This document shows positions 15,900 to 24,237 of a stretch of DNA of 32,584 nucleotides, piece by piece. Positions within the stretch are counted from its first letter, which is position 1, and every line of letters starts with the position of its first letter. Source of the DNA: Candidatus Liptonbacteria bacterium (GTDB taxonomy: Bacteria > Patescibacteriota > Minisyncoccia > UBA6257 > 2-01-FULL-56-20). The position numbers and the translations under genes are program-made. The notes beneath the pieces are model-generated. The model was not told the origin of the DNA. It saw only the letters and a list, made by a program, of their open reading frames with translations, and did no database searches. The stretch spans positions 1-32,584 of the forward strand of contig JACQKW010000003.1 of NCBI GenBank assembly GCA_016204385.1. Direction: 5' to 3'.

Positions 15900-16214
15900 A
15901 TGGATGACCACGAAATCGAGAAGTGGCTCACGGAGTACGAAGATCGTTCCCGGGAAAGCATTGGGATCGTCGAGAGAGGAGAGGACGACAGCGCCAATTC
16001 AGAGAGAAGAGTAGAGCTTCTCGTGCTGACCGAGCGGAAACTCCAGACGTACATCGGAAGCCCGGAGTGGGGGGTGATCTATGACGATATAGAAGAGCGA
16101 AAATGGCGCGCATGCGATCTTATCGACCGCGCCATAAAGAGGCGTGATGCGGCTCTCCGCGCCTCGCTCGAGAACAGCAGGGGCTCCGAGCCCGGTGTCC
16201 ACGACTCCCCGTGA
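15900..16214 (+). CDS. Hypothetical protein (orphan)
   Basis: 104-aa acidic ORF with promoter, GGGGGTG SD-like site and terminator. Confidence 0.65.
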   Translation: MDDHEIEKWLTEYEDRSRESIGIVERGEDDSANSERRVELLVLTERKLQTYIGSPEWGVIYDDIEERKWRACDLIDRAIKRRDAALRASLENSRGSEPGVHDSP

Positions 16215-16232
16215 AGCTGCGGGGAGTTTTTT
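16204..16232 (+). terminator. Intrinsic terminator
   Basis: ACTCCCCG..CGGGGAGT plus T-run. Confidence 0.7.
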
Positions 16233-16252
16233 ATTTTATCTACAAAAAAATA

Positions 16253-16406
16253 ACCCCTCACCAATTTTGCCGAAGATAAACGAATGAAAGCATGGAAAGA
16301 AAGCAAACGCGATTACCCCATCGGTGCAGAGGTCGAATAGACCTAATCCGCCAACTGGCGGGGAGTGCACTGCCGTAGCATAACAGAGCAAAATTGGTGT
16401 GTGGGT
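16253..16406. repeat. ~154-bp structured element with terminal inverted repeats
   Basis: CACCAATTTTGC (16259-16270)/GCAAAATTGGTG (16388-16399); internal hairpins AGGTC/GACCT and TCCGCC/GGCGGG. Confidence 0.6.
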
Positions 16407-16408
16407 AT

Positions 16409-17899
16409 TTATCTTAATAGCGAATCAGTATAGTTCACAATATTTCCCGCGCCCATCATGACTATCGTAGCTTTCTGCTTCCGGCTGCCAGCTGCCAGCA
16501 GGGTGGTAAGGGCTTTTTTTAAGTTTTTGGGGTTCGGGAGATAAAAAACCAGTTTCTTGGGATGCTTTTTCTGTATGGCGCGGACAAGCGCTTCGGAGGT
16601 AAAGCGGGGATTGACGTTCACTTTATCGCGGCCGGCGACCTCATAGACAGGCATAATCAATGTGATATCAGCGTCATCAAACGCCGACCGGAACTCTCCG
16701 AAGAGCGCCTGAAGCCGCTTCGCCTGATGCGGCTGATATACACAGACGATTTTTGATTTCGGAAACTTTTCGCGGAACGCTTTGAGAGTGGCTTTGATTT
16801 CGGTGGGATGATGGGCATAGTCGTCGTATACTGGTACTGGCAGAGAGCGTATGGCATATGGCTTATGGTTCCTCCCCCTTTTAGCTATTTGCCCCTTGCT
16901 ATACGCTATATGCCATTCGCCGCGATATTCGAACCTCCGCCACGCGCCGCGGTAGCCGCCCACAACCTTGAGCGCCAATGATTTTTTTACCCCAAAGATT
17001 TTTGTCGCAACCGTGAGCGCTGCGAGCGCATTTGAAACATTATGCTCACCCGGTATTTTAATTATGCTTCTGATTTCCCGCGCCTCTTTCTCGCGCACGC
17101 TGAACCAAAACACGCTTAGCAATTTGCCTGCCCGCCACTCGCCTGCGCTCGAGGCGCTGGCAGGCGGGCGCTTCGCGATACGCGAAATAGGGGAGCGGAG
17201 CGAATAAAGATTCTTGTCGTCGCGGTTCAAAACCAAAAATCCGCGATCTTTCGTCTGTGAGAGAAATTTCAAAAACGTTTTTTTGAGGTCGTTCAAGTTC
17301 TTATAAAAATCCAGGTGCTCGCGATCAATATTGGTCACGACCGATACAAACGGCCGGTAGTTTAAAAAAGCCGCCTTCCATTCATCTGCCTCAAGCACAA
17401 GCCATGGATGCCTTCCGGCATAAAAGTTCTTATTGTCAAGTTCGCGGAGTTTCGTGCCGACGATGATGTTTGGCTCAAAGTTCGCTTTCTTTAGCATCAA
17501 GCCGACGAGGGCTGTGGTCGTACTTTTCCCGTGGCTCCCGGCGACCGCGACGGTTTCATAGCGCGCAGTGAAACGTCCCATCGCCTCGGGATATGAAAGC
17601 GGTTTGATCCCTAGGCGGCGCGCCGCGCGAAGCTCGGGGTTAGATTTTGGAACCGCGGAGCTATAGATGACCATATCGGGAGACGCCCGCCTGCCGGCAG
17701 ACAGGTTCCGGGCCTTATGCGGCCCAATTTTGACTTTTACGCCTTCTTTCTTGAGTTCCCGGGTAATTCCGCTCTCCACTATATCTGACCCTGAAACAGC
17801 CCAATTTTGAGCCATAAACCACCTCGCAAGGGCGCTCATCACAATCCCGCCAATACCTACAAAGTGAACGAGGGGCTTTTTAGAAGACTTATGTGTCAT
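16409..17899 (-). CDS. murC: UDP-N-acetylmuramate--L-alanine ligase with in-frame repeat insertions
   Basis: HFVGIGG, AGSHGKSTTT, EADE, TNIDREHLD, RRFE, DDYAHHPTE, MGAG. Confidence 0.95.
   Translation of the reverse strand: MTHKSSKKPLVHFVGIGGIVMSALARWFMAQNWAVSGSDIVESGITRELKKEGVKVKIGPHKARNLSAGRRASPDMVIYSSAVPKSNPELRAARRLGIKPLSYPEAMGRFTARYETVAVAGSHGKSTTTALVGLMLKKANFEPNIIVGTKLRELDNKNFYAGRHPWLVLEADEWKAAFLNYRPFVSVVTNIDREHLDFYKNLNDLKKTFLKFLSQTKDRGFLVLNRDDKNLYSLRSPISRIAKRPPASASSAGEWRAGKLLSVFWFSVREKEAREIRSIIKIPGEHNVSNALAALTVATKIFGVKKSLALKVVGGYRGAWRRFEYRGEWHIAYSKGQIAKRGRNHKPYAIRSLPVPVYDDYAHHPTEIKATLKAFREKFPKSKIVCVYQPHQAKRLQALFGEFRSAFDDADITLIMPVYEVAGRDKVNVNPRFTSEALVRAIQKKHPKKLVFYLPNPKNLKKALTTLLAAGSRKQKATIVMMGAGNIVNYTDSLLR
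17126..17170. repeat. 45-bp palindromic element in-frame in murC
   Basis: Same ends as the fmt element; encodes RPPASASSAGEWRAG. Confidence 0.75.
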
Positions 17900-17985
17900 T
17901 CTGGTAATAACGGGGGGTAGAAACGATTTATAGCGGTCATCAAAAACATTATCTGTCGCACATTATGTCTTTTATGACGGATGAT

Positions 17986-18630
17986 TTAAACTCGAAACCG
18001 AAGCGATAATTTCTCAAGATAAGGTATTGGATTCACGTCATCCCCGACGGGCGTAAGGCCGCATCCGTCTTTCTCGTCCATTGAAAATGAATTTTTCATA
18101 AACACCGAAAAATGAAGATGTGGTGCGGTGGCGAGGCCGGTCATGCCGACATGCCCCACGAGCGATCCGCGCGCAATCTCTTCGCCCGCCTTCACCTTCA
18201 TGTCGTTCAAGTGCGCATACAGAAGCACCCGTCCGTCGTTCGCGTTCTTAATTGCGACGAATTTCCCGTACCCGCGCCGTCGGCAGAATATATCCTGATC
18301 TCGCGACGCGATTACCGTGCCGGGCGCGGCAGAATAGACCGGAGCGCCCTTCTTCGCCGCAATATCTATGCCGTTGTGCCGCCGCCCGGGATACCGGTTC
18401 GAAAATCCGGTAATGCCGTACCCCTGCGAAATATAGCTTTTTTTCTTCTCCTGGGTAAAAAAATTGAAATCGATCGCCGCGAGCCCGGAGCCCGAAGAAC
18501 GCGCGATAACAGAGGTGGGCAGAAAATGCCCGTCGAAAAGCGAGGCTCGTATCCAGCCGAGAGATATGAAAACAAAAATCGCGCCAAAAACTATGAGGAA
18601 AAACTGTATGCTCCCGGCTCGGCTTCCCAT
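17986..18630 (-). CDS. M23 family metallopeptidase, membrane-anchored
   Basis: N-terminal TM; HNGID, YAHL, PHLHF. Confidence 0.9.
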   Translation of the reverse strand: MGSRAGSIQFFLIVFGAIFVFISLGWIRASLFDGHFLPTSVIARSSGSGLAAIDFNFFTQEKKKSYISQGYGITGFSNRYPGRRHNGIDIAAKKGAPVYSAAPGTVIASRDQDIFCRRRGYGKFVAIKNANDGRVLLYAHLNDMKVKAGEEIARGSLVGHVGMTGLATAPHLHFSVFMKNSFSMDEKDGCGLTPVGDDVNPIPYLEKLSLRFRV

Positions 18631-18640
18631 GCAATTGCAA

Positions 18641-19063
18641 TCAAAGCAACGACGCAAGCCAGCGAAACGGCTTGGTAAGCAGATCGAGAAACCAGAGAAA
18701 AATATTCCCTGCGGCGCCAAGCGCCTGCGAAAAAGGAATACCCGCAACGCGTTCAAACCATTCGTTAAAGCGCTGCCAAAGACTCTCGGCACTCGTTTCT
18801 GTAAAGTCAATTTCTTGCGTCGGTTGGATCACATTGCGATTGATAATTTCATATGCGCTATCGGCAAACTGCAGGAACGGCGGCGGAACGAATTCGCGAA
18901 GCGATTCGTAGACAAGCGCCGTTACTGCGCGGTAATTTCCTTTCGTGCTTGCCTCCGCGCTCCGCGGCCCGGCAAGCAGAAGGGCGCACAGCATAAGAAG
19001 CGCACAGGAACGGCATCCCCTGCGCGCGAGAACGATCGCAAAGAAACGAGTTCCCATGCACAT
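18641..19063 (-). CDS. Hypothetical membrane/secreted protein
   Basis: Signal-like N-terminus, amphipathic C-terminus; fills the gap between two M23 genes; start 19057 or 19063. Confidence 0.6.
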   Translation of the reverse strand: MCMGTRFFAIVLARRGCRSCALLMLCALLLAGPRSAEASTKGNYRAVTALVYESLREFVPPPFLQFADSAYEIINRNVIQPTQEIDFTETSAESLWQRFNEWFERVAGIPFSQALGAAGNIFLWFLDLLTKPFRWLASLL

Positions 19064-19087
19064 AGTATAGTCCTTACGCGCCCTCGA

Positions 19088-20407
19088 TTAAAGATAGCGC
19101 TCCGGATTCAAATCTCCGCCAAACGGCATGGTGCCGCACACGCGGCTCGGTCCCATATAGAACGTGGGCTGCGCAAACACCGTAAAGTGAAGGTGCGCCC
19201 CCGTCGCGTAACCGGTGCTCCCGGAATATCCGATAAGCTGTCCGCGGGTCACTTCTTCGCCCACGCGTACCGCCTGCCGCGAAAGATGCGCATAGAGGGT
19301 CGTGAGATTATTGTTGTGGTTGATGACAATGAATTTACCGTACGCTCCGCGGTAGCAACCCTTAAACGAGTCCTGATCCCCCACCGCGGCCACGCGCCCT
19401 GATTCCGCTGCAACGATTGGCGTTCCGAGCGGAGCACGGAAGTCGGTGCCGTTGTGCCATTTCCCCGGATAGGCGGTCTGCGCAAATTTCGTGCTCCCGT
19501 ATTTCTGGGTGACCAAGGGCGGATCCACAGGAAGTGCAAGCACCCCCGGACGCGCAGCCGGAAGGAGGCTGGGGTCAATCTTCGTCCGCAGTTCCGCGTC
19601 AAGACTTTCAATTTCTTCCGCGATTTCCTGCTGAAGCTTTTGGAGCTCTGCAACCTGCTTTGCATACTCGCTCTCTTTGCTTTTTGTCTCGGTAAGCAGC
19701 ACCTGCCTCGTTCTCGTCTGGTCCTGCACGATGGAAGTCCTGTTCTCTAAATTCTTGCGGTGGCGGGTTACCGCGTCCTTCTTCACGCTCGCATCATCCA
19801 ATTTTTCCGCAAGTTCCCCCTGAAGCGTCCGCAGGCTCCCGATATCCACGGCAAGCTGGGTGTTGAGATCGCTCAAGGCCTGCGCTTCAAGAACGCCGTC
19901 GGCAAGGCTTTCGTTCCTCAAAAACACGATGAGCGGACTCACGTCGCTCGACCTCTGAAGCAGGCGAAACACCTGTACGATTGCGGAACGCTTGCTTTTC
20001 GTTGCTGATTCGATATCCGAGATATCGAACGAAAGTGCGCGAAGCTCGAGTCCGAGTTTCGAAATGCTCACCTCATCCGCGCGGATGTTTAATTTGAGCT
20101 GATTCGTCGCATATTCAAGACGTTGCAATTCGTTCTGAAGGCTTACTCGTTCGCCCTTTGTCGTATCAAGGCTTTTTTGGGTCCTCTCGAGCTCCTCGTT
20201 TATCCTCTCGAGCTCCCTCGCACGCGCTTCGATCTGCCCTTTGAGCGTTTCCTGTACGAGGGGTTCGCTTGAAGTGGAGTGATTAAGCTGCCCTTCTCCG
20301 CTTTGCGCATCCACCGGGGGTTCCGCGCCAAACACCGCCGGGGCCAAGGTAAGGGTGAGCACACAGAATAAAAAAGCTGAAACTAATTTTTTAGCCGCTT
20401 TGTGCAT
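19088..20407 (-). CDS. Coiled-coil plus M23 peptidoglycan endopeptidase
   Basis: Signal peptide, long coiled coil, intact HNGTD, YAHL, AHLHF. Confidence 0.9.
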   Translation of the reverse strand: MHKAAKKLVSAFLFCVLTLTLAPAVFGAEPPVDAQSGEGQLNHSTSSEPLVQETLKGQIEARARELERINEELERTQKSLDTTKGERVSLQNELQRLEYATNQLKLNIRADEVSISKLGLELRALSFDISDIESATKSKRSAIVQVFRLLQRSSDVSPLIVFLRNESLADGVLEAQALSDLNTQLAVDIGSLRTLQGELAEKLDDASVKKDAVTRHRKNLENRTSIVQDQTRTRQVLLTETKSKESEYAKQVAELQKLQQEIAEEIESLDAELRTKIDPSLLPAARPGVLALPVDPPLVTQKYGSTKFAQTAYPGKWHNGTDFRAPLGTPIVAAESGRVAAVGDQDSFKGCYRGAYGKFIVINHNNNLTTLYAHLSRQAVRVGEEVTRGQLIGYSGSTGYATGAHLHFTVFAQPTFYMGPSRVCGTMPFGGDLNPERYL

Positions 20408-20427
20408 GTCGTTGCGCAAGGGTCAGT

Positions 20428-21918
20428 TTAGGCGATTTTTTCAAGTTTCTCAATCGCAAGCCGCACCCGCGCGGCGCTCTCCGCACATCCCAATACTCCA
20501 ATGATCTCATAGGGGTCCGGCGAGGCGGCTTTTCCGGAAAGCGCCACGCGGAGGGGCCAGAGCACGCTGCCATTCCCCTCGCGTTTCGTAATGGGCGCGA
20601 GGGCTTTCTCAAGCGCCGCGCGGTCGCACGGCGCGGTCGCCGCATTCATTTCGAGAATCACAAGAAGTTCCTTGAGAATCGCGGCAGTTTTTTTTCGAGG
20701 ATCTTTCTGCCAGAGAAGAAGCGCGCTCTCGTACCCGGGCAATTCGACAAAGAACGACGCGAGCTCAAAGAAATCCGCGAGCGTCTTCATGCGCTGTTTT
20801 TCGACCGAGAGTATCTTCAAAAGCCTCGCCTTCTCTACGCGCATTTCCCGTATTCGTTTCTCAAACTCGGGGTTTTCGAGCATCGCCTCAAGGATCGCGG
20901 CGTCGCTCATGGCGTGGAGGCGCTCTGCGTTCATCCATTCCAGCTTTTCTCCGTCAAAGATCGCGCCGCTTTTTTGGATACGCTTGAGGTCAAATGCGCT
21001 CACCAGTTCCTCGCGCGAGAGAATCTCGCGGTTATCTTTCGGATGCCAGCCAAGCAGGGCGAGAAAATTCACCATTGCATCGGGCAGGAACCCTTTTTCC
21101 CGATATGCAAGAAGCGAAGTCTCCGCGTATCGCTTTGACAGCTTACTCCTGTCAGAGCCGAGGATAAGCGGCACATGGGCATACGCGAGCTCGCGAAACT
21201 TGAGCGCGCTCTGCAGTAAGATTTGCTTCGGCGTATTGGGCAGATGATCCTCGCCGCGGATCACGTGCGTGATGCTCATCAGTTCATCGTCAACCACCAC
21301 CGCGAAATTATAGAGCGGAGAATCTTCGCCCTTCGCGATGATGAAATCCCCGAAAAGCGCGGCGTCGAAGCTCACGTTCCCCCGGATCAAGTCACGGAAC
21401 TCGACGCGTATCTCCGGCGTCCGAAAACGGATTGCCTGGGGTGCGCGGCCTTCGGGCGGAGATTCGAGCGCCCGGCAATGCCCGTTGTATCGCGGCGGAA
21501 GCCCCTCTGCAAGCATGCTCTCACGCTGCGCTTCGATTTCTTCTTTCGTACAATAGCATACGTAGGCGTTGTGCGATTCAAGAAGCGCCCGGAGGTACAT
21601 GCGATATTTCTTTTTCCGTTCGCTTTGCCGGTACGGGCCGTGCTTCCCCTTTTCCCGGTGACGTTTCCCCTTCTCGTCCTTCCAATCCGGACCTTCGTCC
21701 CACGAAAGCCCAAGCCAAGAGAGCCCCTGCATGAGATTATCCTCATATTCGGGCTTTGATCGCGCCGCATCGGTATCCTCCATGCGCACCACGAACGTTC
21801 CAGTGTGCTGGCGCGCAAAAAGCCAATTAAAAAGCGCGGTTCTCGCGGTGCCAAAATGAAACGCGCCCGTGGGGCTCGGCGCGAGGCGAACCCGAATTTT
21901 TTCTTTTGCTCCTCTCAT
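20428..21918 (-). CDS. gltX: Glutamate--tRNA ligase
   Basis: RLAPSPTG.FHFG, R.EDTD, HVIRGEDH, KLSKR. Confidence 0.97.
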   Translation of the reverse strand: MRGAKEKIRVRLAPSPTGAFHFGTARTALFNWLFARQHTGTFVVRMEDTDAARSKPEYEDNLMQGLSWLGLSWDEGPDWKDEKGKRHREKGKHGPYRQSERKKKYRMYLRALLESHNAYVCYCTKEEIEAQRESMLAEGLPPRYNGHCRALESPPEGRAPQAIRFRTPEIRVEFRDLIRGNVSFDAALFGDFIIAKGEDSPLYNFAVVVDDELMSITHVIRGEDHLPNTPKQILLQSALKFRELAYAHVPLILGSDRSKLSKRYAETSLLAYREKGFLPDAMVNFLALLGWHPKDNREILSREELVSAFDLKRIQKSGAIFDGEKLEWMNAERLHAMSDAAILEAMLENPEFEKRIREMRVEKARLLKILSVEKQRMKTLADFFELASFFVELPGYESALLLWQKDPRKKTAAILKELLVILEMNAATAPCDRAALEKALAPITKREGNGSVLWPLRVALSGKAASPDPYEIIGVLGCAESAARVRLAIEKLEKIA

Positions 21919-21928
21919 ATTCCGGCTT

Positions 21929-23128
21929 TTATTTTACCACAGGGCCGCTGCTCGGTTCTCCGGGCTCGCGCCCCCGAAAGCGCAGGAGTTCCTCTGCAAT
22001 TTTCCGTGCGGCATCGGGGCGAAAAAAACTCTCGGACGCGCGGTGCATCCGCTCCCACGCCCCGGGATTTTGGAGTATCGCGCGGATCTGATTTCTTACA
22101 ATCCCCATCATGAGGTTTTTCTCCTCAATCACGATTGCCGCGCCGCAGGCGGCGTATTCATACGCATTCCTGCGCTGATGGTCATTTGCGGATTCGGAAA
22201 GCGGCACGAGGATCGCGGGTTTCCCGAACGCGGCCGCCTCAAAAATACTCCCGCTTCCGGCGCGCGCGAGAATGAGGTCCGCGGCGCTCAACGCAAGCGG
22301 CATATCGTCCTCGAGGAAAGGCGCGGCGCGATACGCGGATTCACGCTCCATAAATCCGGTGTCCTTGAGCGCCGCGGTGGCAAGCATATTCACTTCATCG
22401 AAATGCGCGCGCCCGGTTTGGTGCAACACCTGCGCTTCGCGAAGCAATTCTCCGAGATTTAAAATCACAAATTCATTGAGGCGCGTTGAACCCTGCGACC
22501 CCCCGAGCACAAGGAGCAGGGCAGTGCGGGGAGAAAAGCCGAGCTGTTGTTTCGCCTCTTCCGGCTCGATGCGCTTTGAAAGAAGCGCGCGCCGCACGGG
22601 ATTTCCCGCGTGGATCACTCGCGTTCTCTTAAAATATTCCATTGTGGATTCGAAGCTCACGAGAACCGTCTTTGCCACGCGGCTCGAGAGCGCATTCGTG
22701 AGGCCGGGAAATACGTCGGATTCGTGGATTACCACGGGGACGCGAAATACCCACGCCGCACAGACCACCCAAAGCGCGCCGGCGCCCCCTTTCGAGAACA
22801 CCGCGTCGGGCATAAGGCGGAACACATGAAAAAATGTTTGCGCGAACCCGATCACCATTTTCGGCGCGTCGAGGGCGGTAAGGAGCGAAAAATATCTCCG
22901 CAGCTTCCCCGTGACGACTCCGACCGTGCGCACCCCTGCGCCCGCAATCACGTTCCGGTATTCGTCGTCCGGACCGATATAAAACAGCTCAAGCGAAACG
23001 TTCGCGGCTGCCGCCGCGTCTTGGAGGCCCTCGACCGCGGCAAGCAGCGGATAGACGTGTCCCCCGCTCCCGCCTCCCGTGATGAGTACGCGGAAGGGGG
23101 CTATTCCGCCGCCCGTCGCTTGATTCAT
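21929..23128 (-). CDS. murG: Lipid II GlcNAc transferase
   Basis: TGGGSGGHVYP, HESD..PG..N, GNPVR, GGSQGS, HQRRNA. Confidence 0.95.
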   Translation of the reverse strand: MNQATGGGIAPFRVLITGGGSGGHVYPLLAAVEGLQDAAAAANVSLELFYIGPDDEYRNVIAGAGVRTVGVVTGKLRRYFSLLTALDAPKMVIGFAQTFFHVFRLMPDAVFSKGGAGALWVVCAAWVFRVPVVIHESDVFPGLTNALSSRVAKTVLVSFESTMEYFKRTRVIHAGNPVRRALLSKRIEPEEAKQQLGFSPRTALLLVLGGSQGSTRLNEFVILNLGELLREAQVLHQTGRAHFDEVNMLATAALKDTGFMERESAYRAAPFLEDDMPLALSAADLILARAGSGSIFEAAAFGKPAILVPLSESANDHQRRNAYEYAACGAAIVIEEKNLMMGIVRNQIRAILQNPGAWERMHRASESFFRPDAARKIAEELLRFRGREPGEPSSGPVVK

Positions 23129-24237
23129 GTATACTTCGAGATATTTGCGACGATTCCGGACATTACGAGAAATACGGTGAGCGCGGTTCCGCCGTAACTT
23201 ATAAACGGCAGCGGCACGCCGGTCAAGGGAATGATCCCTGATATTGCCGCCATGTTAAAAAAAGCCTGGAGCCCTATGATGCTCCCGAATCCGACGAGGA
23301 TAAATTTTCCGAAACGCTCACGGAAGTCCTTTGCAATCCACAGTATCCGAATAGAAAGATAGCCGAAAAGAGCGACGAGCGCCCCCGCGCCCACAAATCC
23401 AAGTTCGGAACCTATGACGGCGAAAATGGAATCGTTGATCGACGCGGGAAGCCTCCGCACCTTCGCGAGCGATTCTCCGTACCCCAATCCCCAAAGGCCC
23501 CCCGAACCAAGCGTGATGAGCGCCTCGCGCAAGTGGTACCCTTTGTCATTCAAATTGCGTTCCGATTCCCAAAAAGAAGAAATCCGATCACGGCGATAGC
23601 CGGTAGAGAGCACGAGGATGCCGAGCGCGAGAAGCCCCACCCCGATGGTGACGAGAATATACCTCCACTTTGCGCCGCTTAAAAAATACACCGCCATGCC
23701 GGAGGTGATGAGGATTACCACGGTGCTCGTTGCGGGCTGAAATACCAGCGTGCCCGCAACGATCCCGCTTACCACAAGAAACGGGATAAAGCCCTCGATC
23801 AGGTTCTTCTCTCTGCTCTTCCTCGGATTACTGAGCCACGCGGCGAGATAGATGATATAGGTAACTTTCAAAAACTCCGCGGGTTGAAACGTAAGGGGTC
23901 CGAGCGAAAGCCATCTCCCCGCTCCCCCGGCAACGTAACCAAAGCTCGTGAATACGAGCGCAAGCAGCGCAAGACTCATAAGGAGAAGCGGGAGCGCAAA
24001 GCGCTTGTACGCCTTATAGGGCGTAAAGAACGCGAGAAAGAAACCGAGAAGACCGGGCAGGACGCCCTTCAAGAGCTGCTGTTTGAGGTAATAGTAGGAA
24101 TCATTAAAACGTATTTTCCCGAGTTCGGATGATGCGCTTGCGAGCATTGCGAGTCCGAACACCACGAGGAGCGCCACGATCGCAATGATGACATACTCGG
24201 GGCGATGGCCCCTTTTTATCGTCGCCTCAATACCCAT
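23125..24237 (-). CDS. ftsW: SEDS peptidoglycan glycosyltransferase
   Basis: GAGRWL, FQPAEFLK, GSGGLWGLG, D.IFAVIGSELG, PLTGVPLPFISYGG; adjacent to murG. Confidence 0.9.
   Translation of the reverse strand: MGIEATIKRGHRPEYVIIAIVALLVVFGLAMLASASSELGKIRFNDSYYYLKQQLLKGVLPGLLGFFLAFFTPYKAYKRFALPLLLMSLALLALVFTSFGYVAGGAGRWLSLGPLTFQPAEFLKVTYIIYLAAWLSNPRKSREKNLIEGFIPFLVVSGIVAGTLVFQPATSTVVILITSGMAVYFLSGAKWRYILVTIGVGLLALGILVLSTGYRRDRISSFWESERNLNDKGYHLREALITLGSGGLWGLGYGESLAKVRRLPASINDSIFAVIGSELGFVGAGALVALFGYLSIRILWIAKDFRERFGKFILVGFGSIIGLQAFFNMAAISGIIPLTGVPLPFISYGGTALTVFLVMSGIVANISKYT

Noticed and set aside
17935-17980. Imperfect inverted repeat upstream of murC
   Set aside because: Weak AT-rich pairing with no second copy; cannot be distinguished from chance.
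18464-19402. Long plus-strand ORFs antisense to core genes (also 26162-27235 and 28617-29408)
   Set aside because: Shadow frames of GC-rich genes with no recognisable motifs.
19088-20407. EnvC (catalytically dead M23) label
   Set aside because: The Zn-ligand motifs HxxxD and HxH are intact, so no gene symbol was assigned.
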